From Lysobacterales bacterium (GTDB lineage Bacteria; Pseudomonadota; Gammaproteobacteria; Xanthomonadales; SZUA-5): 64,000 nt of DNA. The stretch covers positions 32,001-96,000 of the forward strand of contig JALHMH010000005.1 of assembly GCA_022844165.1 (NCBI GenBank), written 5' to 3'. The translations under genes were made by a program, and so were the position numbers. This document shows positions 36,307 through 46,055 of the stretch, piece after piece. The notes under the pieces are model-generated. The model worked only from the letters and a program-made list of their open reading frames with translations, did not search any database and was not told the DNA's origin. Within the stretch, counting starts at the first letter, position 1. Each line of letters starts with the position of its first letter.

Positions 36307-38879
36307 ACAGCGCGCAGATATCCAAACGCCATGCAATAGACGACCGCGGCCGAGAATTCCTGAATTGGTTGGGGGAGTTGCGCGAACGCGCAAGAAAAAG
36401 CCCATTGGCCGACGAGGACTTCGCCGCTCTCGCAAGTCGCGTGGGCGAATTGCTGCGGCTGATGCGCGCGGCGCTGTCGCGCTACGGCGGTGTTTTTGAC
36501 GCGGCGCCGGACGCCATCACACTGATCGACGCCGACGGCACGCTCATCGACGCAAATCCAGCCGCCTCGGCATTATTTGGATACAGCCGGGATGAGCTGA
36601 AAAAGCTGACCGTTTTCGATTTGAATCCTGACCTGTCGCCGGGATCTTTGCGTGCCGTCTGGGACGAACTCGCGATTGCGAGACCGCATTCCGTGATTGC
36701 GACCAACCGGCACCGCGATGGATCGGAGCTGCCGGTTGAGGTGCACTCTCGGGCATATCTGGAAGACGGCACCAAGCTGGTCGTTGCGATTGCCCGCGAT
36801 CTTCGCGACCGCATCCGCACCCAGGCTGAGCTGGCTGCGAGCGAGGAGCGCTATGGTGCGCTGCTGGAGGCGGTCGACAAAGGTGTACTGATTCACGATG
36901 CCCGTGGTCGAGTGCGCCATTTGAATGCGGCTGCAATGCGAATTCTGGATTTGCAGCCCGCACAAATACTCGGACAAACCCGTTTGTCGGATTGGCAGCT
37001 GTACGACAGCGGCGGAAGACCCATCGAGTGGCAACAAAACCCGGTCGCCGTTTGCCTGCGCGATCGAAAAAGCGTGCTATCGACCATCATCGGGCTTGTG
37101 CATCGCAGCTCAGGCGTTTCCCGATGGCTGCAGATGAGTGTCGTGCCGCAATTTCACGCCGGAGAAGAGTCGCCGTTTCAACTGATCTCTCTGTTCGGCG
37201 ACGTGACTGAGCTCAAACGGGCCAGCGAGTTGTTCGAGAAGGTCCAGATGCTGGCCCGCATCGGCGGCTGGAGCTTCGATGTCGGGCAGCGTTCGTTGTA
37301 CTGGACGGAGGCGCTGTACCGTCTGCTCGGCCGCGATCCAGAGGTGCCTCTGGAGGCGGATGGCCTGGATAGCATGCTGCTCGATTCAGATCGCGAACGC
37401 ATGAAGGCGGCGGTCGCGCGCACATTAGAACAAGGTACCCCTATAGACATCGAAGCCCGGTTAAAACATGCCAGCGGGCGCACAATCTGGGTCCGTATCC
37501 TGGGAAATCCGCTGCGGCGCGATGGCGAGACCTACCAACTGATTGGAACCGTACAAGAAACAACCACCAAGAAAGTCGAAGAGGACCGACTACGTCGCCA
37601 GGCACAGACCGACTCACTCACCGGCTTACTCAATCGCGATACGATCATCGCGCAACTGACCGCTCAACTCGCAACAGACGCGTTGCGACACCCTGCCCTG
37701 TTATACATCGACCTGGATCGTTTCAAGGTCGTGAACGACTTGATTGGCCATAATGGCGGAGATCGCTTGCTGGTATCCGCCGCGCGCCGGATCGCCACAG
37801 CACTTCCAGAGTCAACAGCCCTGGCCCGTTTCGGCGGCGACGAGTTCCTTGCACTATTGACCGACACCCATAACGACGACGCTGTGGAGCGCATCGCCGA
37901 GTCCATCCTCCACGCATTTGCGGCAACTTTTCAGCATGCCGGCGAGGAGTTTGTGATCACGCCCTCGATCGGCATCGCGCGGTATCCGAATGATGGTCTG
38001 AACGCCCAGGCCTTACTGAATCATGCGGATGTCGCGATGTACGAGGCCAAGCGTCGAGGGCGCAACAACTGGCAGCTGTTTTCCCCGGCGCTCGCACTGC
38101 AGTTGAAGGAGAACCTGCTGATCGAAACGCAATTGCGGCGCGCGATTGAAAACGAGGAACTTTACCTGCAGTACCAGCCCAAAATCGACCTTACGACGGG
38201 AAATGTCGTTGGCGCCGAAGCACTTCTCCGCTGGCGATCGCGCATGTTGGGCGAACTGGCTCCGGACACTTTCATACCCATTGCTGAAACCAGCGGAGAT
38301 ATCGTCCGCATCGGCGCATTCGTACTCCAGGCAGCCTGCCGCCAACTGCGCGACTGGTGGAGCATGGGGCTGAAAGTCGACCATGTCGCAGTGAACGTCT
38401 CGTTCCGCCAGTTTCTGGCCGAAAACTTCGAACGCAGCGTTCGCGATGCGCTGACGCAGGCGCAATTGCCCGCGCACGCGCTGGAGCTGGAAATGACCGA
38501 ACGCGCATTGATCGAGGATGCGCCAGCAACCGAACGCACACTTGCGGCCCTGAAGTCGCTGGGCGTGGCGATCAGCATTGATGACTTTGGCGAGGGCTAT
38601 TCCGCGCTGGGTTATTTGCGGCGCCTGCCGATCGCCGGCATCAAGATCAGCCATCATTTCATGCAGGGCGTGCCGGCAAATGCCACCGACGCACGGCTCT
38701 GCGAAGTGATCATTCAGATGGCCAATGCCCTGGATCTGACGGTCGTCGCAGAAGGCGTGGAAACGATCGAACAGCGAGACTTTTTGCTGGTCCACGGCGC
38801 CAAGGTCGCGCAAGGCTACTTCTTTGCCAGGCCAATGGCCCCCGCGGACTTTGAACGCTTCGCCCGCGACCGGCTGTAG
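36303..38879 (+). CDS. PAS(x3)-GGDEF-EAL c-di-GMP enzyme
   Basis: Three PAS/PAC blocks; DSLTGLLNR, DLDRFK, RFGGDEF; EALLRW, DDFGEGYS, AEGVE. Confidence 0.93.
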   Translation: MNSAQISKRHAIDDRGREFLNWLGELRERARKSPLADEDFAALASRVGELLRLMRAALSRYGGVFDAAPDAITLIDADGTLIDANPAASALFGYSRDELKKLTVFDLNPDLSPGSLRAVWDELAIARPHSVIATNRHRDGSELPVEVHSRAYLEDGTKLVVAIARDLRDRIRTQAELAASEERYGALLEAVDKGVLIHDARGRVRHLNAAAMRILDLQPAQILGQTRLSDWQLYDSGGRPIEWQQNPVAVCLRDRKSVLSTIIGLVHRSSGVSRWLQMSVVPQFHAGEESPFQLISLFGDVTELKRASELFEKVQMLARIGGWSFDVGQRSLYWTEALYRLLGRDPEVPLEADGLDSMLLDSDRERMKAAVARTLEQGTPIDIEARLKHASGRTIWVRILGNPLRRDGETYQLIGTVQETTTKKVEEDRLRRQAQTDSLTGLLNRDTIIAQLTAQLATDALRHPALLYIDLDRFKVVNDLIGHNGGDRLLVSAARRIATALPESTALARFGGDEFLALLTDTHNDDAVERIAESILHAFAATFQHAGEEFVITPSIGIARYPNDGLNAQALLNHADVAMYEAKRRGRNNWQLFSPALALQLKENLLIETQLRRAIENEELYLQYQPKIDLTTGNVVGAEALLRWRSRMLGELAPDTFIPIAETSGDIVRIGAFVLQAACRQLRDWWSMGLKVDHVAVNVSFRQFLAENFERSVRDALTQAQLPAHALELEMTERALIEDAPATERTLAALKSLGVAISIDDFGEGYSALGYLRRLPIAGIKISHHFMQGVPANATDARLCEVIIQMANALDLTVVAEGVETIEQRDFLLVHGAKVAQGYFFARPMAPADFERFARDRL

Positions 38880-38882
38880 CGT

Positions 38883-39695
38883 CTATTCGGCCACGACTCG
38901 TCGATCGATATCGAAACGCATACCTGCCGTCAAAATATGCATGCGCACATTGGTAATGCTCACCGCCTCGCCGGGATTGGCTTCCGCAAGCGATGAATGG
39001 CGAACTTCCGCCGGATCGAGCACTAACACCGTACTGTTTCCCACCACTTCAAGTACGTTATCGGGACCGATGAACGCTGCTGTGTCTTCGTCGATACCCA
39101 GGGCCAATGCGAACGGGTTCAGTGCAATCGCGGTCAACAGTCGCCCAATGCGGTCGCGCTGCCGAAAGTGCTGATCGATCATGATTTTGTTCGACAGGCC
39201 CAGGCCCGGCGCCAGGCTCACCATGCCCGCCCGGGGCGTCGCACCCTCTTCGCCGTGCGCGATCATGTGTGCCGGCATAATTGCTGCGCCTGCACTGGTA
39301 CCGGCGATGGGCATGCCGTTCGCATTGCGGCGGCGCAAGAGCTTGGCGACCGGCGTTCCACCAATCGTCGTCGACAAGCGCAACTGGTTCCCGCCAGTAA
39401 TGAACACACCGTCGCATTGGCTCAGTACATTGAGCGCCGAATCGTCATCACAATCCTCGCGCCGAGCAAACTGTAAGATCTTGGTATCCGCTGCATCGAA
39501 GCCGCTGAACAAATCTTGGTAGACACGACCAGCGTCATCGCGCCGCGATGCCGTTGGAATAATCGCAATCGACGGTCGCTTGCCGCACAAACGCACGAAA
39601 CGCTTGAGAATTGCCGCGTCGCCGATCTTGTCTTCAGCGCCGCCGATGGGTATCAAAAACCCGCGAGGTTGTGCGGTGGTGGCATGTGCGGGCAA
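38883..39695 (-). CDS. cphB: Cyanophycinase (peptidase S51)
   Basis: IGGAEDK, IPTAS, FITGGNQLRL, GTSAGA, IDQHFRQRDRIGRL, GIDEDT. Confidence 0.9.
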   Translation of the reverse strand: MPAHATTAQPRGFLIPIGGAEDKIGDAAILKRFVRLCGKRPSIAIIPTASRRDDAGRVYQDLFSGFDAADTKILQFARREDCDDDSALNVLSQCDGVFITGGNQLRLSTTIGGTPVAKLLRRRNANGMPIAGTSAGAAIMPAHMIAHGEEGATPRAGMVSLAPGLGLSNKIMIDQHFRQRDRIGRLLTAIALNPFALALGIDEDTAAFIGPDNVLEVVGNSTVLVLDPAEVRHSSLAEANPGEAVSITNVRMHILTAGMRFDIDRRVVAE

Positions 39696-40033
39696 CGGTT
39701 GCTCCGAGCATCAGCTAAGTCAATGGCCGCGGAGTATAGGTTGGGAAGGCGCTTGTGTTTGGATCTCTCGACGGGATTCTTCTGGATCGTCGCCAGATCG
39801 GGAGATTCGGGTCGAAACTCGACGCACGGCACCGTCCAGCACGAATGTTGACCACTCTTTGATCGAGCAGGTGCTATCCACTGCTGACCTGGGCTTGCTG
39901 CCTCGGATGTGGTGGATCCGCTGAAACGACTGCACTGCGCTGCCTGAAAGTTGTCTTCGTCAAGTGCTTTTGGAACCAACAACCGACCTTCAGCGGCTAT
40001 GCTGCCGCCGTTTGTGCTAACTCGGAGTGACCG

Positions 40034-41197
40034 ATGAATCTTGCCTTTACCGAAGAGCAATTGATGATCCAGGACGTTGCGCGCCGCATTGCGATCGAAC
40101 GCATTGCACCGGTGGCCGCCGAATTCGACAGATCTGGCGAATTTCCCTCCGAGACAATCAAAGTTCTCGGTGAAAACGGGTTGATGGGCATTGAGGTTCC
40201 CCATGAATATGGCGGTGCCGGTCTCGATTCCATCGCTTACACATTGGCCATGATTGAAATCGCTGCTGCCGACTGCGCGCACTCAACGATCATGAGCGTC
40301 AACAACACGCTCTATTGCAACGGGCTGCTGAAGTACGGCACGGAAGCGCAAAAACACGCCTACGTGACGCCGATCGCGACAGGCCAGGCGATCGGTGCGT
40401 TCGCGCTCACTGAGCCCCAGTCCGGCTCCGACGCATCAGCGATGAAAATTCGCGCAGTTGCTTCCGCCGATGGCAGCTACTACACGGTGAATGGGAAGAA
40501 GTCGTGGATCACCAGCGGCCCGGTGGCCAGATACATCATGCTGTTTGCGATGACCGATCCGAGCAAGGGATCGCGCGGCATCACCGCATTCATCATCGAT
40601 ACCGAACGTGAGGGCTTCCATCGCGGCAAAAGCGAACCCAAACTCGGAATTCGCGCCTCTGCCACGTGCGAAATCGAGTTGACCGACTACCGAATTCCGG
40701 CTGAAGATCGGATCGGCAATGAAGGCGACGGCTTCAAGATATCGATGGGCGTGCTCGACGCCGGTCGCATTGGCATCGCATCGCAAGCGGTCGGTTTGTC
40801 CCGCGCTGCTTACGAGGCTTCTCTTGTGTACTCGCGAGATCGCAAGTCCTTTGGCCAATCGATCGGTTCATTCCAGATGATTCAAGCGAAGATCGCCGAC
40901 ATGAAGTGCCGGCTGGATGCAGCGCATCTGTTGACGCTTCGTGCCGCCTGGGCCAAGCAGCAAGCCGCCGCAACGGGCGCACGCTTTTCGACGGAAGCCT
41001 CTGTCGCCAAGCTGTTTGCATCCGAATCGGCGATGTACATCACGCATCAAGCTGTGCAGATCCATGGCGGGATGGGTTATTCGAAGGAGATGCCGCTGGA
41101 GCGTTACTTCCGCGATGCCAAAATCACCGAGATCTACGAGGGCACCAGCGAAATTCAGCGTTTGGTCATTGCGCGTAACGAAACCGGACTGCGCTGA
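40034..41197 (+). CDS. Acyl-CoA dehydrogenase (short/branched chain)
   Basis: FALTEPQSGSDA, NGKKSWIT, LDAGRIGIA, QIHGGMGY, EIYEGTSEIQRLVIA. Confidence 0.95.
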   Translation: MNLAFTEEQLMIQDVARRIAIERIAPVAAEFDRSGEFPSETIKVLGENGLMGIEVPHEYGGAGLDSIAYTLAMIEIAAADCAHSTIMSVNNTLYCNGLLKYGTEAQKHAYVTPIATGQAIGAFALTEPQSGSDASAMKIRAVASADGSYYTVNGKKSWITSGPVARYIMLFAMTDPSKGSRGITAFIIDTEREGFHRGKSEPKLGIRASATCEIELTDYRIPAEDRIGNEGDGFKISMGVLDAGRIGIASQAVGLSRAAYEASLVYSRDRKSFGQSIGSFQMIQAKIADMKCRLDAAHLLTLRAAWAKQQAAATGARFSTEASVAKLFASESAMYITHQAVQIHGGMGYSKEMPLERYFRDAKITEIYEGTSEIQRLVIARNETGLR

Positions 41198-41211
41198 TCT
41201 CGGCACCAGGC

Positions 41212-41368
41212 GCGAACCATGGATGGTTCGCACATGGGTCGAGCACGTAAGTGCTTGATCCATGGAGAGCGAGTCCGGACATGTGCCGGACTCGCGATTT
41301 GAGAAACGCACATGGCTCTGTATCAAGCAAAAGTGTCAGGACGAGACCGCATTGAGGTCTCGTCCTGA
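41212..41368. repeat. Cluster of four strong palindromes/hairpins
   Basis: Stems of about 9, 14, 10 and 13 bp at 41212-41231, 41233-41264, 41269-41295 and 41336-41368. Confidence 0.75.
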
Positions 41369-41380
41369 GGGCCGCTGCAT

Positions 41381-43636
41381 TTATTCGAAGCCATTGGCGA
41401 AGAGATTGTCCGGCAGCGCACACTGGTTTTGCCATAAACAGGCGACCCACTCCGGGCGATCGATGAACGGGTTGCGATTGCCCTGGAAACCGAATACCAC
41501 TTCGTTGCGCAGCCGCTCCTGATTCGTTGGCGGATCGGCAAAGTGCCAGGCGATCAGCGTATTGAGCACACCCATGTAGGCCGTCGTTGCCACCTGATTA
41601 TTCGCCGTGGTCATGATGAGACTGCGGTTGTTGGTGGCGATCAGATCCGGCTCTGGTTGCGAGTTTGCATGCATGCCCCCCTCGTATCGTACGTCCATGT
41701 ACAAAATGGCGCGCGCCAGATCGCCCTTGCGGTCGAGCCAGACTTCGTAGGTACCGGTGTTGCCATCGTTACCGAGCTGCCAGTTGGAATTGCCGGGATA
41801 AGCGCCGGTGCCACCGCCACCACCATTGTTCACGTCCGTGGGATTTTCGGTTCCAGCGCACGTTGTGGTGCCGCAATTGTCGAAGGGCTTGTTGCCACGA
41901 TTGCTGTTGTAGTCCGAAGCAGAGGTGTACAGCATGTGCGCATCGACGTACGGCGAGTATGGATTGTTATTCGCATCAACGCCGGAAAGATCGTTGAATC
42001 CCAACGAGTTGGGCCAGGTGTGTTCGCGGTTGTAGGTTGCAGGTCCAGTTGCTCCGGAGCGATCCGTGATCTTCGTGTAGGTGCGATTGCGGTACACATC
42101 AAGCACCCGCGCGGGGTTGGCCGGGTCTTGATCGGCCGCCTCCAGGATATCCCACACATCGCAAAGCGCCGTGCTGGGCGCCGACAGGTTGCAGGTGTTG
42201 GTACTGATCGAATAACGATATGCCACGTGGTCGTCGATCAGCGTGTGCAGCGTCGTGCGCAGGGTCGTCGCATTGGTCGCATCGACGCTGGCGTAGTAAT
42301 CCAATGCCGACGCTGCCGTCGTGAAGTCGAACACATCGTCGGTGAGCATCGGATCGGGCGTGCCGTCGAGATCAACGATGAGCGTGTTCTCCAACGTCAC
42401 CACGCAGTTTTCCAGAAACTCGAGGTCGCCGTTGATATCCAGCGTATAGCTGACGGGTCCACCGCTGACCGCTGCCGTTCGCGCACCGGAGCTTGCACAT
42501 AGAATCTGATACCAGCTGCCCGTGACCGACACCGGTTCGCTGAAATTGATCGATACGTTCGTGCCGATCGGCACGTTGCCGGCATTGTCGAGTGGCACCG
42601 TGCTGACGACCGTGGGCGCAAGGTCCGCGACCACGGTGAAGTTGATCGGCACGTTCGCCGGCAGGTTGTCGGGTGATCCGTCGAGATCGGCCACCTGGGA
42701 TGCGATCACGGTCGCCGTGCACTGCTCGCCAAAAGCCAGCGGATTCGTTGGCTGCGCGGTGATGCTGGCGCCTGTGTTGACCGCCGTGGTCACCGCCACG
42801 GCGCCGCTGACGGTGCAGTTCAATGTCAGCCAGGTGGGACTGACCTGCACGGGCTCGCTAAACTGAACTCCGATGGATGTCGCGAGCGGCACATTGCTCG
42901 CATTGTTTGCCGGAAGCGATGAAACAAACTGCGGCGGAACATCTGGACCCGCACCACAACTTGCCTGGATATCATCGATTCCGATCAGCGCATCGACTCC
43001 CGCGGCATTTGTTGTGATCCAGCGGACCTGCACCTGCGGTGCGTTGAGATAAGTCGCGGGCATGGTGATCGAATAGGTCTGCGACGCCGTGCCATTGGCA
43101 TTGGCCACAAACCCGCCAGGCACATTGGCAAAATTGCCTGCCTCACCGACACGAGCCTGCAGTGCCACTGGCTGCACTGCCGTCGACAGCGTGTCAATGT
43201 CGCGCAGTCGGTAATCGACAATCAGTTGCGAACATCCCAACGTGTTCAGGCGAAGCAACAAAAATGGCGCATCGGCACTGCCGCTGCCCTGAAATGCGAT
43301 CGTCGGATTTCCGGCGATGTCCCCGCCCCCGACCACTTCGGCAAAACCGCCGCCAGAGTGGTTGCTGGCGTCCAGCACATCCGGCGTGACATTCAACGTA
43401 CCATTACCGAACGCCAGAACGGTTTGTGGGTCGACACCCGTGGCCATGGTCAGATCGCCGCCCAGATGCCCTTCCAAACTGGGCACACCCGACCAGTTGT
43501 CCATCGTTGCGATCAGTCCCGAGTTCGACCAATCTTGCGCGACAGGTCCACCCGACAACGCATGGTAGTTAGTATCGGCATGCGCGACAGCGGCGCCCAG
43601 CAGGCTCAGCGCCAGCAGCGTTCGAGTTAAGAACAT
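41381..43636 (-). CDS. Secreted endonuclease I-family nuclease with N-terminal beta domain, two Ig-like (Big_5) repeats and a GFE tag
   Basis: Start ATG 43636 with signal peptide; P-x-N/D-N-A-x-N-V...FSEPV repeats; NREHTWP, NSNRGNKPF, KGDLARAILYM, QGNRNPFID; ends NLFANGFE. Confidence 0.9.
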   Translation of the reverse strand: MFLTRTLLALSLLGAAVAHADTNYHALSGGPVAQDWSNSGLIATMDNWSGVPSLEGHLGGDLTMATGVDPQTVLAFGNGTLNVTPDVLDASNHSGGGFAEVVGGGDIAGNPTIAFQGSGSADAPFLLLRLNTLGCSQLIVDYRLRDIDTLSTAVQPVALQARVGEAGNFANVPGGFVANANGTASQTYSITMPATYLNAPQVQVRWITTNAAGVDALIGIDDIQASCGAGPDVPPQFVSSLPANNASNVPLATSIGVQFSEPVQVSPTWLTLNCTVSGAVAVTTAVNTGASITAQPTNPLAFGEQCTATVIASQVADLDGSPDNLPANVPINFTVVADLAPTVVSTVPLDNAGNVPIGTNVSINFSEPVSVTGSWYQILCASSGARTAAVSGGPVSYTLDINGDLEFLENCVVTLENTLIVDLDGTPDPMLTDDVFDFTTAASALDYYASVDATNATTLRTTLHTLIDDHVAYRYSISTNTCNLSAPSTALCDVWDILEAADQDPANPARVLDVYRNRTYTKITDRSGATGPATYNREHTWPNSLGFNDLSGVDANNNPYSPYVDAHMLYTSASDYNSNRGNKPFDNCGTTTCAGTENPTDVNNGGGGGTGAYPGNSNWQLGNDGNTGTYEVWLDRKGDLARAILYMDVRYEGGMHANSQPEPDLIATNNRSLIMTTANNQVATTAYMGVLNTLIAWHFADPPTNQERLRNEVVFGFQGNRNPFIDRPEWVACLWQNQCALPDNLFANGFE

Positions 43637-43706
43637 CGGAATTGACCAAGCGGATCGGGGCGCGGAGTCTACGCGCGCAGTTTGACGAAGCAAAGACACC
43701 ACACTA

Positions 43707-44594
43707 GTGACCGCCAGGCAAGAACTTTCGATCACTCTGGACGCCGTTATCTTCGCGGTGACCGACGATGCGCCACGTGTTCTCACCGTCGGCGACGATC
43801 GGCCCAGTTTGCCGTCTGGACCTCTGGAACTCGACCAGCATCCGACGTTGGAACGCGGCATTCGCCAGTTCGTGGCAGACCAGGCGGGTCTGGCGCTGGG
43901 CTATGTCGAGCAGTTGTACACTTTCGGCGATCGCGCTCGACAAGAGACCGGCCCGCGTGCACTTTCGATTGCCTATCTGGCTCTGCTGCGCGAAGGTGCG
44001 GCAACGTTGCCGGGCGCTATCTGGCGCAACGTCTATGCGTTTTTGCCTTGGGAGGACTGGCGCGACGGCCCACCCGAGATGATCGGCGCTCAGATCGTGC
44101 CCGCGCTGGACCAGTGGGCAGCAGCTCACCCTTCGCGCGGCGAGCGCTTGGCGCAGTGTTTTGGAATTGCCGGTCGACCATGGAACCGCGAGCGCGTGCT
44201 CGAACGCTATGAACTGATGTGGGAGGCAGGACTCCTGGCGGAAAACGGCGGCAAAGGCGATGTCGGTCTGGCCATGGCCCGCGACCATCGACGCATGCTC
44301 GCGACTGCATTGGGGCGTTTACGCGGCAAGCTCAAGTACCGACCGGTGGTCTTCGAACTTTTGCCGTCGACCTTTACCTTGAGCGAACTGCAAAACTGTG
44401 TGGAAGCACTCGCTGGACGATCGCTGCATACGCAGAACTTTCGACGCTTGATCGCAGAAGCGCAATTGGTCGCGCCGACCGGCGCGTCCGTACAACAGAA
44501 TCGAGGCCGGCCGGCAAGCCTGTATTCGTTCCGTCGCGAGGTCCTGAACGAACGGCCAGCGCCAGGCGTCGCGATGCCGCGCAACGGCGGCTAA
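43707..44594 (+). CDS. NrtR-like regulator (degenerate NUDIX plus winged helix)
   Basis: LPSGP, GYVEQLYTFGDR, DHRRMLATALGRLRGKLKYRP, FTLSELQ, QNFRR, GRPASLY. Confidence 0.88.
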   Translation: MTARQELSITLDAVIFAVTDDAPRVLTVGDDRPSLPSGPLELDQHPTLERGIRQFVADQAGLALGYVEQLYTFGDRARQETGPRALSIAYLALLREGAATLPGAIWRNVYAFLPWEDWRDGPPEMIGAQIVPALDQWAAAHPSRGERLAQCFGIAGRPWNRERVLERYELMWEAGLLAENGGKGDVGLAMARDHRRMLATALGRLRGKLKYRPVVFELLPSTFTLSELQNCVEALAGRSLHTQNFRRLIAEAQLVAPTGASVQQNRGRPASLYSFRREVLNERPAPGVAMPRNGG

Positions 44595-44601
44595 ACTCCG
44601 A

Positions 44602-45219
44602 TCAACGGCTGCGCTGTACGCCGATGGTGATCGCGCCTATCTGGTTATAGGGTTCGCTGTTCAGCAGTTTTGGATCGGCGTGCACCGCCATCGCAAACGG
44701 CGTTGCGTCCTGGCCAAAGAACAGATCGCCAGCGACTTCCAGTGTCGGCACGCCAAACACGCCTCGCGCCAGCGCCGCTTCGGTATTGTTCTTGAGCGCG
44801 TCCTTGACCTGAGGATCGGCAAGCCGGTCCAACGGCACGCCAAGTTCGTCGGCGATCTTTGCCAGCGACTCCGGCGTACTATCCCCGCCACGCCAAATGT
44901 AATTCAGCACCCGATCTGTGGCCGCCACGGTGCTGCCGGCAGCAATAACCAGACGCAGCGCCTGTAGCGGGTTGAACGGATGCACAGCGGGAAACGACAG
45001 TGGGAAACCCAGTTCTTTGGCGCGCCAGTGCACGTAGCGATAGGTGAACTCGCGCTTGCCCGGAATTTCCGCCGGGCCTAGTTGGCCGATGTGCGTCAGA
45101 ACGACGCCCAACAACACTGGCACAGGCTGCAATTCGACCTGCGGCCAATCGCGCCTCAGCCACCGCCATTGCAGATATGCAAACGGCGACAGCACATCGA
45201 AATACCAGCGAAGACTCAT
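44602..45219 (-). CDS. 2-hydroxychromene-2-carboxylate isomerase / GST-kappa (DsbA-fold) protein
   Basis: WYFDVLSPFAY, HPFNPL, GVFGVPT, FFGQD; start ATG 45219 overlaps the upstream stop. Confidence 0.88.
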   Translation of the reverse strand: MSLRWYFDVLSPFAYLQWRWLRRDWPQVELQPVPVLLGVVLTHIGQLGPAEIPGKREFTYRYVHWRAKELGFPLSFPAVHPFNPLQALRLVIAAGSTVAATDRVLNYIWRGGDSTPESLAKIADELGVPLDRLADPQVKDALKNNTEAALARGVFGVPTLEVAGDLFFGQDATPFAMAVHADPKLLNSEPYNQIGAITIGVQRSR

Positions 45220-46055
45220 CGTGAATTCTCCAAGTGGGCGCACAGCAGTTGCCCGGCGCCATAGTGCGATTGCCAACCTAAAACTCGCTGCGCCAGCGAC
45301 GCATCGTATATCCGATCGATGCGTTGCGGCAATTTCCAGTGCCGCGCCTCGAAAGCGGCAGCGACTTCTGGCGCACGATGCCGTATGACGGCTGTGGCAT
45401 CGCGGTACAACATGGATGCATCCTCGCGTACGAATGGCGTCTTTGCAGAGACCACATAACAACGATAACCGGTTTGCGATTGCTGCAACGCCAGCGCGTG
45501 CGCAGTTGCAACGTCGCGCGCATCCACGCCGCGATGCAGTCGATAGACAATCATCTCCGCAATCGACTCGGGAAAACAGCGCGACATGCGCAGGCTGGTC
45601 ACACTCAGTCCCCACTCAACACTGGCCTGACGCAAGACTTGCTCTGCTGCCAGTTTGGTGCGGTGATAAATCGTCTGCGGCTCAGCAGGTGTTTCTTCGT
45701 CCACCCATAACGCCTCGCGAGTGGCTTGCGCACCTGCACCATAAAGTGCCGTGGTGCTGGTATAGATCATGCGCCGAACGCCGCCTTGCGCCGCGCATCG
45801 GATCAAGTGTTCCGTCGCTTCGACGTTGATGCGCCAGAACCGATCCTCGGGCACGATGCCGACATGCGGCGCGTGCAACGCGGCGCTGTGAATCACCGCG
45901 TCGACACCTTCGAAGTCGTCGGGTCGTAAGTCGAACACATCGCGCGGCTGCGGCGCAGCCAGGTCGATGCCCACAACATCGATTCCACGTGATTGCAGTT
46001 CAGCATCTATTGCACAGCCGACCCGCCCCGCACTACCGGTCAGCAATACCCTCAA
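45216..46055 (-). CDS. NAD-dependent epimerase/dehydratase (extended SDR)
   Basis: [25 protein letters not shown] (YxxxK). Confidence 0.9.
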   Translation of the reverse strand: MRVLLTGSAGRVGCAIDAELQSRGIDVVGIDLAAPQPRDVFDLRPDDFEGVDAVIHSAALHAPHVGIVPEDRFWRINVEATEHLIRCAAQGGVRRMIYTSTTALYGAGAQATREALWVDEETPAEPQTIYHRTKLAAEQVLRQASVEWGLSVTSLRMSRCFPESIAEMIVYRLHRGVDARDVATAHALALQQSQTGYRCYVVSAKTPFVREDASMLYRDATAVIRHRAPEVAAAFEARHWKLPQRIDRIYDASLAQRVLGWQSHYGAGQLLCAHLENSR

